From positions 613,541 to 677,540 of the forward strand of contig SAIW01000006.1 of the NCBI GenBank assembly GCA_004028795.1: a stretch of 64,000 bases of DNA. Direction: 5' to 3'. The position numbers were made by a program, and so were the translations under genes. The notes below the pieces were generated by a model. That model made no database searches. It was not told the origin of the DNA and was given only the letters and a program-made list of their open reading frames with translations. Below, one piece after another: positions 1-10,342 of the stretch (its first letter is position 1; the number at the start of each line of letters is the position of its first letter). This DNA comes from Chitinophagaceae bacterium. GTDB lineage: Bacteria; Bacteroidota; Bacteroidia; Chitinophagales; Chitinophagaceae.

Positions 1-1667
1 CACACAGAATGGGCTTGTATTCCATTAAAACAGAAATGGAAGATTTAGCAATGAAATACTTAGAGCCTGAAGCTTATAAAGGCATTGCAAAAAAATTAGC
101 AGAAACAAGAAGAGAACGCAGCAGGTATATTAATGAATTCATCAAACCTTTAAAAGAAAAACTTTCGGCAGCCGGTTTTGATTTTGAAATTTATGGCAGG
201 CCAAAAAGCATTCACTCCATCTGGAATAAAATAAAAAATAAAGGTGTGGCCTTTGAAGAAGTATACGATTTATTTGCCATACGTGTTATTTTGAATTCTC
301 CTCCTGAAAAAGAAAAAGAAGATTGCTGGAAAGTGTATTCAATGATTACTGATGAATACCTCCCTTCAACAGAAAGATTAAGAGATTGGTTAAGTAACCC
401 CAAAAGTAACGGTTATGAAGCATTGCATACAACAGTTATGGGGCCGCAGGGCAAATGGGTTGAAGTACAGATTCGTTCTAAACGTATGAATGAAATTGCA
501 GAGAAAGGCTTGGCTGCACATTATAAATACAAAGAAGGTAATAATGATGAAGACCGCTTTGATAAATGGTTCGGGCAGATAAGAGAAGTATTGGCAACAC
601 AAGAAACAGACAGTGTGGATTTTCTTCAGGATTTTAAAACATCTTTTCTTGCTGAAGACATTTATGTTTATACTCCTAAAGGTGATGTAAAAATGTTGCC
701 TAAAGGCAGCAGTGCGTTAGACTTTGCTTTCTCAGTACACTCTGCTATCGGCAGTAAATGTATCGGTGCTAAAGTGAATCATAAATTAGTGCCGATCAGC
801 CATAAACTACGCAGCGGAGACCAGATTGAAATTATTACAAGCAGTAAACAAAAACCAACAGAAGATTGGTTGAATTTTGTTGTAACCGCTAAAGCCAAAA
901 CAAAAATTAAAGATGCTTTACGCGAAGAAAAAAGATTAATTGCCGATGATGGTAAATATGTGTTGCAAAGAAAGCTGGAAGGAATGGGTGCAGCTTTTAC
1001 ACCGGGTAATATTGAAGAAGTAATGCACTTTTATAAGTTATCTTCTCAGTTAGACTTATTATATAAAATTGCTATAAAAAGTATTGACTTAAAAGAGCTA
1101 AACGACTTTCAGGTTTTAGGTGATAGATTAGAAGCTCCCAAACCAAAAGTTACACATGTTGTTGACCATACAACAGAGCAAAAACAGATTTCTAAAAAAG
1201 ATAGTGAGTTAATTATTTTCGGAGAAAGCAGTGATAAAATTGTTTATCAATTAGCGAAATGTTGTAACCCCATTCCCGGAGATACTGTTTTTGGTTTTGT
1301 TACAACAGGCAAAGGTTTGGTAATTCACAGAACTAATTGCCCTAATGCTGCACAGTTAATGGCTAATTACGGACATAGAGTGGTAAAAACAAAATGGGCA
1401 AAGAATAAAGAAATTTCTTTCTTAACAGGATTGAAGATTATTGGTATGGATGATGTTGGTGTAATTAATAAAATTACCAACGTAATTAGCGGTGAAATGA
1501 GAATTAATATTGCTGCTTTAACTATTGAAAGTGAAGAAGGTATTTTCAGAGGAACTGTAAAAGTTTTTGTTCATGATAAAGAAGAATTGGAAGAATTGGT
1601 TGACAGATTAAAAAAACTGAACGGTATTCAAACGGTTGACAGATTTGATACCGAGGATATCAAGTAA
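1..1667 (+). CDS. rel: RelA/SpoT-family (p)ppGpp synthetase/hydrolase, C-terminal part (gene starts upstream of window)
   Basis: Reading frame is open from base 3, so the 5' end is truncated. The translation covers the synthetase region (EALHTTVMGPQGKWVEVQIRS), a TGS-like segment and a C-terminal ACT-like segment. Confidence 0.85.
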   Translation, partial: HRMGLYSIKTEMEDLAMKYLEPEAYKGIAKKLAETRRERSRYINEFIKPLKEKLSAAGFDFEIYGRPKSIHSIWNKIKNKGVAFEEVYDLFAIRVILNSPPEKEKEDCWKVYSMITDEYLPSTERLRDWLSNPKSNGYEALHTTVMGPQGKWVEVQIRSKRMNEIAEKGLAAHYKYKEGNNDEDRFDKWFGQIREVLATQETDSVDFLQDFKTSFLAEDIYVYTPKGDVKMLPKGSSALDFAFSVHSAIGSKCIGAKVNHKLVPISHKLRSGDQIEIITSSKQKPTEDWLNFVVTAKAKTKIKDALREEKRLIADDGKYVLQRKLEGMGAAFTPGNIEEVMHFYKLSSQLDLLYKIAIKSIDLKELNDFQVLGDRLEAPKPKVTHVVDHTTEQKQISKKDSELIIFGESSDKIVYQLAKCCNPIPGDTVFGFVTTGKGLVIHRTNCPNAAQLMANYGHRVVKTKWAKNKEISFLTGLKIIGMDDVGVINKITNVISGEMRINIAALTIESEEGIFRGTVKVFVHDKEELEELVDRLKKLNGIQTVDRFDTEDIK

Positions 1668-1669
1668 AA

Positions 1670-2329
1670 TTACAAAACAACAATTCCGTTTTTTATTGCA
1701 TAGAGAACTAAGCCAACCCTTGTATTAAGATTTAGTTTTTTAAACAAAGCATCTCGGTAACCATCAATGGTTCTTTCACTAACAAACATTTCTTTAGCTA
1801 TTTGAGCATAACTTTTTTCGCTGCATGCCAATTGAAGAAATGTCAATTCACGTTCACTCAATTTCAATAATTTATTTACGCTGCTGTCTTCATCAACCAA
1901 TAAATTTATTGAGTTTAAAATTTTTCTCGATACCAATTCATTATAAAAAAAACCTTTGCTTAATACTTCATTAAATGCCAGTTTCAATTCATCCGGCTCT
2001 GCATCTTTTAAAACGTAACCTTTAGCTCCGCATTTAATCATTTTAATAATGGCAGTATCAGCATCCATTGTACTCAGAGCTATTACTTTTATTTCAGGGT
2101 GCTTATTTTTTAACCAAACAGTTGTATCGTAGCCATCCATTTCAGGCATTGAAATATCCATTAAAACAATATCCGGCAAATCATTTTCCTTCAGTTTATG
2201 TATAAAGTCTTTACCATTTTCAGCATCAAATAAAATTGTATAATTAGCAAACATGTTAATAAGCATACAAAGCCCTTTTCTGAACATGGCATGGTCATCT
2301 ACAACCACAATTTTCTTTTCGTTATTCAT
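1670..2329 (-). CDS. Two-component response regulator, NarL/FixJ (LuxR HTH) family
   Basis: N-terminal receiver domain (VVVDDHAMFRKGL, phospho-acceptor Asp region LMDISMPEMDG) and C-terminal LuxR-type HTH (LSERELTFLQLACSEKSYAQIAKEMFVSERTIDGYR). Confidence 0.85.
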   Translation of the reverse strand: MNNEKKIVVVDDHAMFRKGLCMLINMFANYTILFDAENGKDFIHKLKENDLPDIVLMDISMPEMDGYDTTVWLKNKHPEIKVIALSTMDADTAIIKMIKCGAKGYVLKDAEPDELKLAFNEVLSKGFFYNELVSRKILNSINLLVDEDSSVNKLLKLSERELTFLQLACSEKSYAQIAKEMFVSERTIDGYRDALFKKLNLNTRVGLVLYAIKNGIVVL

Positions 2330-3101
2330 AAGGTATATTTAGATTAATTGTTGTACCGTTATTTATTTCACTTTCTATAGACGCATTACCGCCGATTAAT
2401 GAAGCACGTTTGATGATATTTTGCAAGCCAAGCCCTGTGTGGTTTTCATCTGTTAAGTTAAAGCCTTTACCGTTATCTATAATCTGAATTGCCAACTCAG
2501 TTTCCTGAAACACTAATGCTAAATTTATTTTGCTTGCATAAGCATGTTTTAAAACATTATTCAAAGCTTCCTGCACTATACGAAAAACGATTAGTTTTTT
2601 CTTACTATCAATTTTTTGAACAGCACCGATAACGTTTATTGAACAAAGATTGGCTTTTGTTTTATTTAATCTGTCAACCTCATGTTGCAATGCCTGTAAA
2701 ATATCAAACTGCTCAATTCTTTCTGTACTCAAGCCTTTGGCAATATCCCGCAAATCATTCATTGCCCTGCTGATGTTTTCTTTAGTGTCTTTTAATATTG
2801 CCGGAGGGTTAACTAATTGTTCTTCTAAAATATTCATCTGCACTTTTGCCAAACTTAATATTTGCCCCACATTATCGTGTATTTCCTGGCTAATAATATT
2901 GAAAGTTTGTTCTTGAATTTCAAGTTGGGATTGGAGTGTTTGTTTTTCGAATTCTTGAATTAATTCAATCTTTTCTTGTATGTATTTATTTTTTCGTTTT
3001 CTATAAGTTAAGAAAATTAAAATAATAAAAGCACCTAATAAAGCTGAAATAATTGAAAATAGAAAAATAGCTAATTCAATATTTATTATACCTGTTTGCA
3101 T
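2322..3101 (-). CDS. Sensor histidine kinase, HisKA_3/NarX-LiaS type
   Basis: Single N-terminal TM helix, coiled coil, H-box EIHDNVGQILS, HATPase_c G-boxes (NGKGF, GLGLQNI). Overlaps the downstream regulator gene by 8 nt. Confidence 0.8.
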   Translation of the reverse strand: MQTGIINIELAIFLFSIISALLGAFIILIFLTYRKRKNKYIQEKIELIQEFEKQTLQSQLEIQEQTFNIISQEIHDNVGQILSLAKVQMNILEEQLVNPPAILKDTKENISRAMNDLRDIAKGLSTERIEQFDILQALQHEVDRLNKTKANLCSINVIGAVQKIDSKKKLIVFRIVQEALNNVLKHAYASKINLALVFQETELAIQIIDNGKGFNLTDENHTGLGLQNIIKRASLIGGNASIESEINNGTTINLNIPYE

Positions 3102-3718
3102 TTTATAAAACCTATTGAAAAAAAAGAATATAAAATTAGATTCAAATTATTATTTATAATCCTAAAAATTTTACCCCCTAAAGAGATATTTGTATCTCTT
3201 AAATAGCTTTGAAACAAACTATCAACGATATCCCCGCTATAAAATAAAATTATTCCTGAGCTTATCCAAAACATGGTATCTTCTGATAATTTAATTGTTT
3301 CGTTGCTTTCAAATTTTTCAAATAAAAAAAGAAAAGAAGTAACAAGTAAAATTATTGAACAGCTAATCAATGAATAATAATGAAAAATATTTATACTTTT
3401 TAAGTAAAAAAAATTACCAACTACAACTAAATCTTGCACTAGATAACTATATTTTATTACTATCTTAAAAGTATTACGGTTGGTATGGTTTAAATAAATA
3501 AATAGATAAAACACAAATTCTATGTTAATGAAAATATTATACAACCAAGTGTTATTATGATACCTTAGAGCTAACCACTTACCCAAAAATTCAACAGCTA
3601 CAGTTAATCCTAAAAAAAATGTAAACCAGTTAAGTTTGGATAGTTTTAGCTTACGATAACAGATTAAACTTGTAATAAAAGCAACCAACTCAAATATATT
3701 GTGCACTGCTATTTGCAT
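3086..3718 (-). CDS. Polytopic membrane protein (about 6 TM helices), possibly the sensor module for the adjacent kinase
   Basis: Highly hydrophobic 210-aa product. Overlaps the kinase start by 16 nt in a different frame. Confidence 0.5.
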   Translation of the reverse strand: MQIAVHNIFELVAFITSLICYRKLKLSKLNWFTFFLGLTVAVEFLGKWLALRYHNNTWLYNIFINIEFVFYLFIYLNHTNRNTFKIVIKYSYLVQDLVVVGNFFYLKSINIFHYYSLISCSIILLVTSFLFLFEKFESNETIKLSEDTMFWISSGIILFYSGDIVDSLFQSYLRDTNISLGGKIFRIINNNLNLILYSFFSIGFIKCKQV

Positions 3719-3726
3719 TGGTTGTA

Positions 3727-4410
3727 CTAATTTTCACCCGGAGGGCAATTGGTCGGACATAGGTCGCCATGATTAAGTGCCCCATCCTGAAATTTTTTTA
3801 AAAGTAATGCCTCTTTTTTTGACCCATCTAGTAATGATAGAAAATATTTGTTTACGACAGTAAAATCATTTTCTCGAATACCTTTTTGATTAATTTTTGT
3901 TGGAACAAAAAACAGAGTTGCTTGTTGATCATATTTTTGATGAATGGTAGTATTATGCATTGTTGTGTTATAAGCTCCGAAATAGATATTGACACCGTTC
4001 AATCCGAATTTTGGGTCTTGTAACAAGTCAGATAAATATTTAATAACATCTTTATCAAACCATACTAATGTTGATAACTTACCATTTAATCTCGGGTCTG
4101 TAGATCCATTCTCTGTATTAATATTTGGTGCATTATCATCTGCATCAATTGGAGTATGAGTTGAAATTCCAGCAATTGGTATAACTTGTCCTGAGTTGTT
4201 GTATAATGCAGGATGTCGGTGAAATCTATCGAAATTATGCCTCATTTCAAAAGCCTCTTTTTTGGTTATGAATGCATTTCCAGCTCCATAAAGTGTTGCT
4301 AATTTTTCTGGGTCTAATTTTTCTTTGCTTTTTAGCTTAACAATTATAATTGCTTGAGCAATCGCTAATCCTACAAAAACAATGAGTGCAAAAACTAAAA
4401 ATTTTGTCAT
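3727..4410 (-). CDS. Secreted hypothetical protein
   Basis: Signal peptide MTKFLVFALIVFVGLAIAQA; no recognisable motif. Confidence 0.5.
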   Translation of the reverse strand: MTKFLVFALIVFVGLAIAQAIIIVKLKSKEKLDPEKLATLYGAGNAFITKKEAFEMRHNFDRFHRHPALYNNSGQVIPIAGISTHTPIDADDNAPNINTENGSTDPRLNGKLSTLVWFDKDVIKYLSDLLQDPKFGLNGVNIYFGAYNTTMHNTTIHQKYDQQATLFFVPTKINQKGIRENDFTVVNKYFLSLLDGSKKEALLLKKFQDGALNHGDLCPTNCPPGEN

Positions 4411-4639
4411 AAAACAGTTTTTAAAGGTTTAAAATAATTTAATTAAATACAATATTGCAATAATTATTAACAATTACAAATGTGTTAACCACTATTTAAT
4501 ACGGGGTTAAAACACGGTACCAAAAACGGGTAAGGCACACATTTAAATTTCTTCAACTACTTTCTACGTTTACACTGCAAACCAAAACCCGTAAGCCGAA
4601 AAGGGTATTATAGAGTAGGCAGAAAATGAAAAAATAATT

Positions 4640-5653
4640 ATGAAGAAGCATTTCTTTATTCTGTTAATAATCTTATATTTTACTAAAATCAATGCACAAA
4701 ATTTAATTCCTTCAAAAAATTTTTCGGCACAAAAAAATTTTTCACCAGAAAAAATTTATAAAGAATTTACATCAGGTGAACAAGAATCTTCCCCTAAGGA
4801 AACAGATGATTTTGAAACACTAGTTAAATATTATAATCGAAATAAAAAAGATGATTTGCATAAAACTGAGTGTGAAAACGCATTAAAATTTATTAAAAAT
4901 AAACTTATGGATAGTTCAAGAAAACAAAGCCCTTTTAAATTATTAGGAAATGCAGGAGCAGGAAATATAACAGCGGATAATTTACAAAAAACTATTGGTA
5001 GTATGTCAATTGGTTGCCAAGTTAGAATAGGCCCTTATTATTTGTCGGAAAGTGAGAGCTATGTAAATTCTTGGTATATATATGCATTATGGAATACCAA
5101 AATTGGCACATCTTCAGATAGCTCCATATTACAAAAAAATGTTTTGTTCCCTGAAATCGGGAAGAGAGATTTTGTCATAGGGCTACTTTTTAATAAAACA
5201 AACTTGAAATTTGAATGGAATGCTGTTCCATTTATAGAGATTGCACTGAATAGTTATATTGATACAAGTGCTTCAGCAAAAAAAAATAATACAAACTATA
5301 GTTTTAAAACTATCAGCTTTTTAGCAGGCGAAAAGTTTATTAAAAATTTTTCATTAACAGCATTAGATAAGAGGGTTAATGGAAGTTTTACAATACAGCC
5401 TTACTATCAAATAATTTCCATAGACCCCAAATACTCCCTTGGCTATACAACTCTTACTAAAGAAAGTAATGCTTACCCTACAATACATAGTTTAGGTGTA
5501 AATACTATATTGGAATTAGGAAATTTAGCCATTTTTTGTAACACTAAATATATTCTCAATAAAAGTTCTGATGACCCTAAAAGCGATAAGTATATAGCGA
5601 GTAGCGACTTTAAAAGGTTGGTTTATTCTATCGGCACTTTAATAAGTTTATAA
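4640..5653 (+). CDS. Secreted hypothetical protein (possible outer-membrane beta-barrel)
   Basis: Signal peptide MKKHFFILLIILYFTKINAQ; alternating amphipathic stretches; no catalytic motif. Confidence 0.5.
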   Translation: MKKHFFILLIILYFTKINAQNLIPSKNFSAQKNFSPEKIYKEFTSGEQESSPKETDDFETLVKYYNRNKKDDLHKTECENALKFIKNKLMDSSRKQSPFKLLGNAGAGNITADNLQKTIGSMSIGCQVRIGPYYLSESESYVNSWYIYALWNTKIGTSSDSSILQKNVLFPEIGKRDFVIGLLFNKTNLKFEWNAVPFIEIALNSYIDTSASAKKNNTNYSFKTISFLAGEKFIKNFSLTALDKRVNGSFTIQPYYQIISIDPKYSLGYTTLTKESNAYPTIHSLGVNTILELGNLAIFCNTKYILNKSSDDPKSDKYIASSDFKRLVYSIGTLISL

Positions 5654-5699
5654 AAATAATTTCTTAAAGCTTTTTGATAAATTTTAAATAAAACAAACA

Positions 5700-6002
5700 A
5701 TGCAAAAAATTGAAATCGGTAATCAGGTAATTGTTTATGGTACAGAACCCATGCAAATACCAACAGCAGCACATGTAAGGCAACTAACCATTACTATACC
5801 ATTCTTATTTAAAGAAAAGCCTACCGTTAATGCAACAATTTCAGGTGATGGCCCCGGTGGCGGTTTTGTCATTTGGAATATTATCATCGCACCAACAGGC
5901 ACCAGTACTATTATTAAATTCAGTGCTAATAATATTGTTATCGGTCAACCGGATAAGGCTAATTACGAGTGTGCTTATACTGTAATTGGTCAAAAAAAAT
6001 GA
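5700..6002 (+). CDS. Small hypothetical protein
   Basis: 100-aa ORF followed by a clean terminator hairpin. Confidence 0.4.
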   Translation: MQKIEIGNQVIVYGTEPMQIPTAAHVRQLTITIPFLFKEKPTVNATISGDGPGGGFVIWNIIIAPTGTSTIIKFSANNIVIGQPDKANYECAYTVIGQKK

Positions 6003-6080
6003 TAAGAGATATATTCTACAGTAATCACAGCTTACTAACTCATTAAATATAACTTGTCATCTTCCTATAGTATGTATTAA

Positions 6081-6105
6081 AGAGAGCTTTCCAGCTCTCT
6101 TTTTT
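6081..6105 (+). terminator. Rho-independent terminator
   Basis: Perfect 8-bp stem AGAGAGCT/AGCTCTCT, 4-nt loop, then TTTTT. Confidence 0.7.
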
Positions 6106-6162
6106 GTTCAAAACAATTGCCCCAACTTCTCAAAGCCATCCCCTACATTTGCTCCAATTTAA

Positions 6163-7434
<1,272 letters not shown>

Positions 7435-7474
7435 TTGATGCAGTTATTTGATGCTATGAATTACAGCAGTATAA

Positions 7475-7488
7475 GTGTGCGACGCAAC
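7475..7488 (+). repeat. Copy a of dispersed intergenic repeat (core GTGTGCGACGCAAC)
   Basis: Exact 14-mer core; extended match TAAGTGTGCGACGCAAC. Overlaps the hairpin GCAACAA...TTGTTGC. Confidence 0.8.
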
Positions 7489-7606
7489 AAATGATGCACA
7501 AAGTTGTTGCAGTTTGTAACAAAAAAATTAAGAAAAAAAGTTGTACTTTTTTTTGGTTACTATTTATTTGCATTGAAATTTTACAGTATTAAAACTTATT
7601 GGAAAT

Positions 7607-8038
7607 ATGGCAACCTCTGATAAGGGTAAGAAACCTTCACCCAAGAAAACAACAGACGAAGAAGTAGAAAAAAAACCATCTACCAAAAGCAAAAAGCAAT
7701 TGGATGATGACGATAATGATTTAGAAGATGATGATGACGATGTAAAGCCAGCTAAAAAAGGGGCTAAGGCTGCATCAAAGAAAACGAAGGATGATGATGA
7801 CGACGATGATGATGACGTAGAAGAGGAAGATGATGATTGGAATAAAGCCGATGAAGATGATAGCTGGGACCCTGATTTTGATGAGTTTGATGTGCCTAAA
7901 TCTAAAGGTAAAAAAACTGCGGGCGGTGCAAAGAAAAAAGGTGAGGATGACGATGACTTTAAGTTGGATGAAGACTTTAAAGAGTTTGATATGTTTGATG
8001 ATAAAGATGAATTTGGTGATGATGACGATGATTTTTAA
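7607..8038 (+). CDS. Highly acidic low-complexity protein (Lys-rich N-terminus, poly-Asp/Glu body)
   Basis: 143-aa ORF, K-rich first 40 aa, then runs such as DDDDDDDDDVEEEDDD. The antisense ORFs are hydrophobic artefacts of the GAT repeats. Confidence 0.5.
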   Translation: MATSDKGKKPSPKKTTDEEVEKKPSTKSKKQLDDDDNDLEDDDDDVKPAKKGAKAASKKTKDDDDDDDDDVEEEDDDWNKADEDDSWDPDFDEFDVPKSKGKKTAGGAKKKGEDDDDFKLDEDFKEFDMFDDKDEFGDDDDDF

Positions 8039-8053
8039 ATTATCATCTTTTGT

Positions 8054-9328
8054 GTGAATAGAAACATAAAGACATTTACAGTAATTGATTTTAATAAATT
8101 TAAAATGCAAATGTTGGGCTGGGCAAACCGGTTCAACATTTGTGCTTTTTTAGATAACCATCAATACAGTTCCACTTATCATACTGTTGAATGTTTGTTG
8201 GCTGTTGATGCTGTACAAGGTTTTCATCATACATCTTCGCTGAAAGATTTTTTACAAAATGAAAATGATTGGTTATTCGGCAGTATTGGTTACGATTTAA
8301 AAAATGAAATTCATAACCTTAGTTCCACTCATTTTGATGGTATTGATTTTCCTGATTTATTTTTCTTTCAACCTGAAACTGTTATTGAGTTAACTGATAA
8401 TGAAGTTATCATAAGCTGTATAACTGTTGAACCTGAAAAAGTTTTTGAAAGTATTTCCGGTTTTGCAACTCACAACCCACAGCTCACAACTCACGGCTCA
8501 ATTCATTTACAGCAAAGGATTTCAAAAGAAGAATATATTGAAACAGTTGAGCAGATTCGCCAACACATTTTACGAGGCGATTGTTATGAGTTGAATTATT
8601 GTATGGAGTTTTTTGCTGAAGATGTTAGCTTGGATACAATAACTATCTATGAAAAATTAGTAAGCCTCTCCCCTGTTCCTTTTGCTGCTTATTATAAATT
8701 GAATGATAAATTTTTATTATGTGCCAGTCCTGAAAGATATGTGCAGAAGAAAAACAACACTATTATTTCTCAACCCATAAAAGGCACCTATAAAAGAGAT
8801 TTACAGAATGCATTACATGATAAAGATTTAAAGTATCAACTGCAACAAAGTGAAAAAGATAAAACTGAGAATGTAATGGTTGTTGATTTGGTTAGAAATG
8901 ATTTGAGCAGAATTTGTACAGAAGGTTCTGTTATTGCCGATGAATTGTTTGGCGTTTATACATTTCCGCAAGTGCATCAATTAATATCAACTGTAAAAGG
9001 AGCATTAAAACCAAATATTGATTTTGTTGACGTGCTGAAAGCTACATTCCCAATGGGTTCTATGACGGGAGCACCCAAATTAAAAGTAATGCAGTTAACA
9101 GAACAATACGAAAAAAGTAAGCGGGGTTTATACAGCGGCAGTATCGGTTATATAAAACCTAATAAAGACTTTGATTGTAATGTAGTAATAAGAAGTATGC
9201 TGTACAACGAAACCAATAAATACTTATCGTTTCATGTTGGTGGCGGAATAACCTTTAATAGTAACGCAGAAGAAGAATATGAAGAGTGTTTATTAAAAGC
9301 TTCAGCAATAATGCAGGTATTGCAGTAA
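8054..9328 (+). CDS. Chorismate-binding enzyme, aminodeoxychorismate synthase component I-like
   Basis: C-terminal chorismate-binding signature PMGSMTGAPKLKVMQL...RGLYSGSIGY. Confidence 0.8.
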   Translation: MNRNIKTFTVIDFNKFKMQMLGWANRFNICAFLDNHQYSSTYHTVECLLAVDAVQGFHHTSSLKDFLQNENDWLFGSIGYDLKNEIHNLSSTHFDGIDFPDLFFFQPETVIELTDNEVIISCITVEPEKVFESISGFATHNPQLTTHGSIHLQQRISKEEYIETVEQIRQHILRGDCYELNYCMEFFAEDVSLDTITIYEKLVSLSPVPFAAYYKLNDKFLLCASPERYVQKKNNTIISQPIKGTYKRDLQNALHDKDLKYQLQQSEKDKTENVMVVDLVRNDLSRICTEGSVIADELFGVYTFPQVHQLISTVKGALKPNIDFVDVLKATFPMGSMTGAPKLKVMQLTEQYEKSKRGLYSGSIGYIKPNKDFDCNVVIRSMLYNETNKYLSFHVGGGITFNSNAEEEYEECLLKASAIMQVLQ

Positions 9329-10342
9329 CTAACGGTTTGTAGTATTTCCTTCTAATAAAGTTTTTACACTAAGTAAGAGAATATCATTTTTTCTTCCTTC
9401 AAAAATAAACATACGCTCCTTGGGTAAGCGAAGCAGGTACTTATTACCTTCTGCCAATTTTTTATCAAACGCAGGGTTTAGTTTATTAAACTCACTGATA
9501 TCCATTACTAAATAATTAGCAACAACAACACTTAAATACCTGCCGCTAATTTCTTTTATTGCTGTATTGGCAATAGTTGCTTCATCTAAACCAACTTCAG
9601 TTTTTTGGGCTGCCAGGTATTGTTTGGTTTCTTCGGCAGTCATAGTTGTTAAACCACCGTCTCCTTCAAAAACATAATGTGTAGCGATAAATTTTTTTAC
9701 ATGTGTTCTCGTTTCTTCGGGCAATAAAAACTGCAACTTCCAGAAATCCCTGCTGCCACTTTTAGCAATCGCATTTTTAACCCTGCCTGCACCGCCGTTA
9801 TAAGCAGCAACTACTAATAACCAATCACCAAATTGTTCGTATAGTTCTTTCAACAATTTGGCAGCTACATGGGTGCTTTTATAATAATCCATTCTTTCAT
9901 CGCCATAACCATGTACATGCAAACCAAATCGTTTTCCTTCATAATCCATTAATTGCCACGGACCAACAGCACCCGCCCAGGAAACTAAACCGCTTTGCAA
10001 ATGGCTTTCAATCACACTTAAATATTTCATTTCTTTCGGCACACCATATTGTTGCAAAACAATATCATACATATCAAAATACGGTTTGCCCCATGTCTTC
10101 ATCCGTTCTAATTCTTTACCCTGTTTACGTTTATATTCCTGCACAAAAGAAACAGCCATCGGGTGTAAGGGTACATTACTTACTTTACCCGTGACCATAT
10201 TTTTTTCAACCAATAAACTTTTAAAAACAGATTTATCATCTAAGGTATCAGATGCAATATCTGTTCGCTGTGCCTGTAAAACAGAACACAACAAAACTGT
10301 AATAAGAAGAAGAAGTGTTTTATTATTGAAAAAACAGCACAT
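9329..10342 (-). CDS. Lytic murein transglycosylase (SLT domain) with C-terminal LysM-like segment
   Basis: Signal peptide; SLT motifs VIESHLQSGLVS...GPWQLM and AAYNGGAGRV. Confidence 0.8.
   Translation of the reverse strand: MCCFFNNKTLLLLITVLLCSVLQAQRTDIASDTLDDKSVFKSLLVEKNMVTGKVSNVPLHPMAVSFVQEYKRKQGKELERMKTWGKPYFDMYDIVLQQYGVPKEMKYLSVIESHLQSGLVSWAGAVGPWQLMDYEGKRFGLHVHGYGDERMDYYKSTHVAAKLLKELYEQFGDWLLVVAAYNGGAGRVKNAIAKSGSRDFWKLQFLLPEETRTHVKKFIATHYVFEGDGGLTTMTAEETKQYLAAQKTEVGLDEATIANTAIKEISGRYLSVVVANYLVMDISEFNKLNPAFDKKLAEGNKYLLRLPKERMFIFEGRKNDILLLSVKTLLEGNTTNR

Noticed and set aside
212-602. Antisense ORFs inside rel (212-403, 390-602), and similar short ORFs inside gatA, the hybrid kinase, pheT, dnaB, mrdA and rodA
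   Set aside because: They are fully embedded in long, well-supported genes on the opposite strand or in another frame, have low-complexity translations, and none is followed by a terminator. Treated as spurious.
7775-8110. Minus-strand 111-aa ORF and plus-strand 75-aa ORF overlapping the acidic-protein gene
   Set aside because: Ile/Phe/Lys-rich translations are the expected artefact of reading the GAT/GAC repeats in other frames. The K/D/E-rich frame is the only one starting at a clean ATG after the terminator hairpins.
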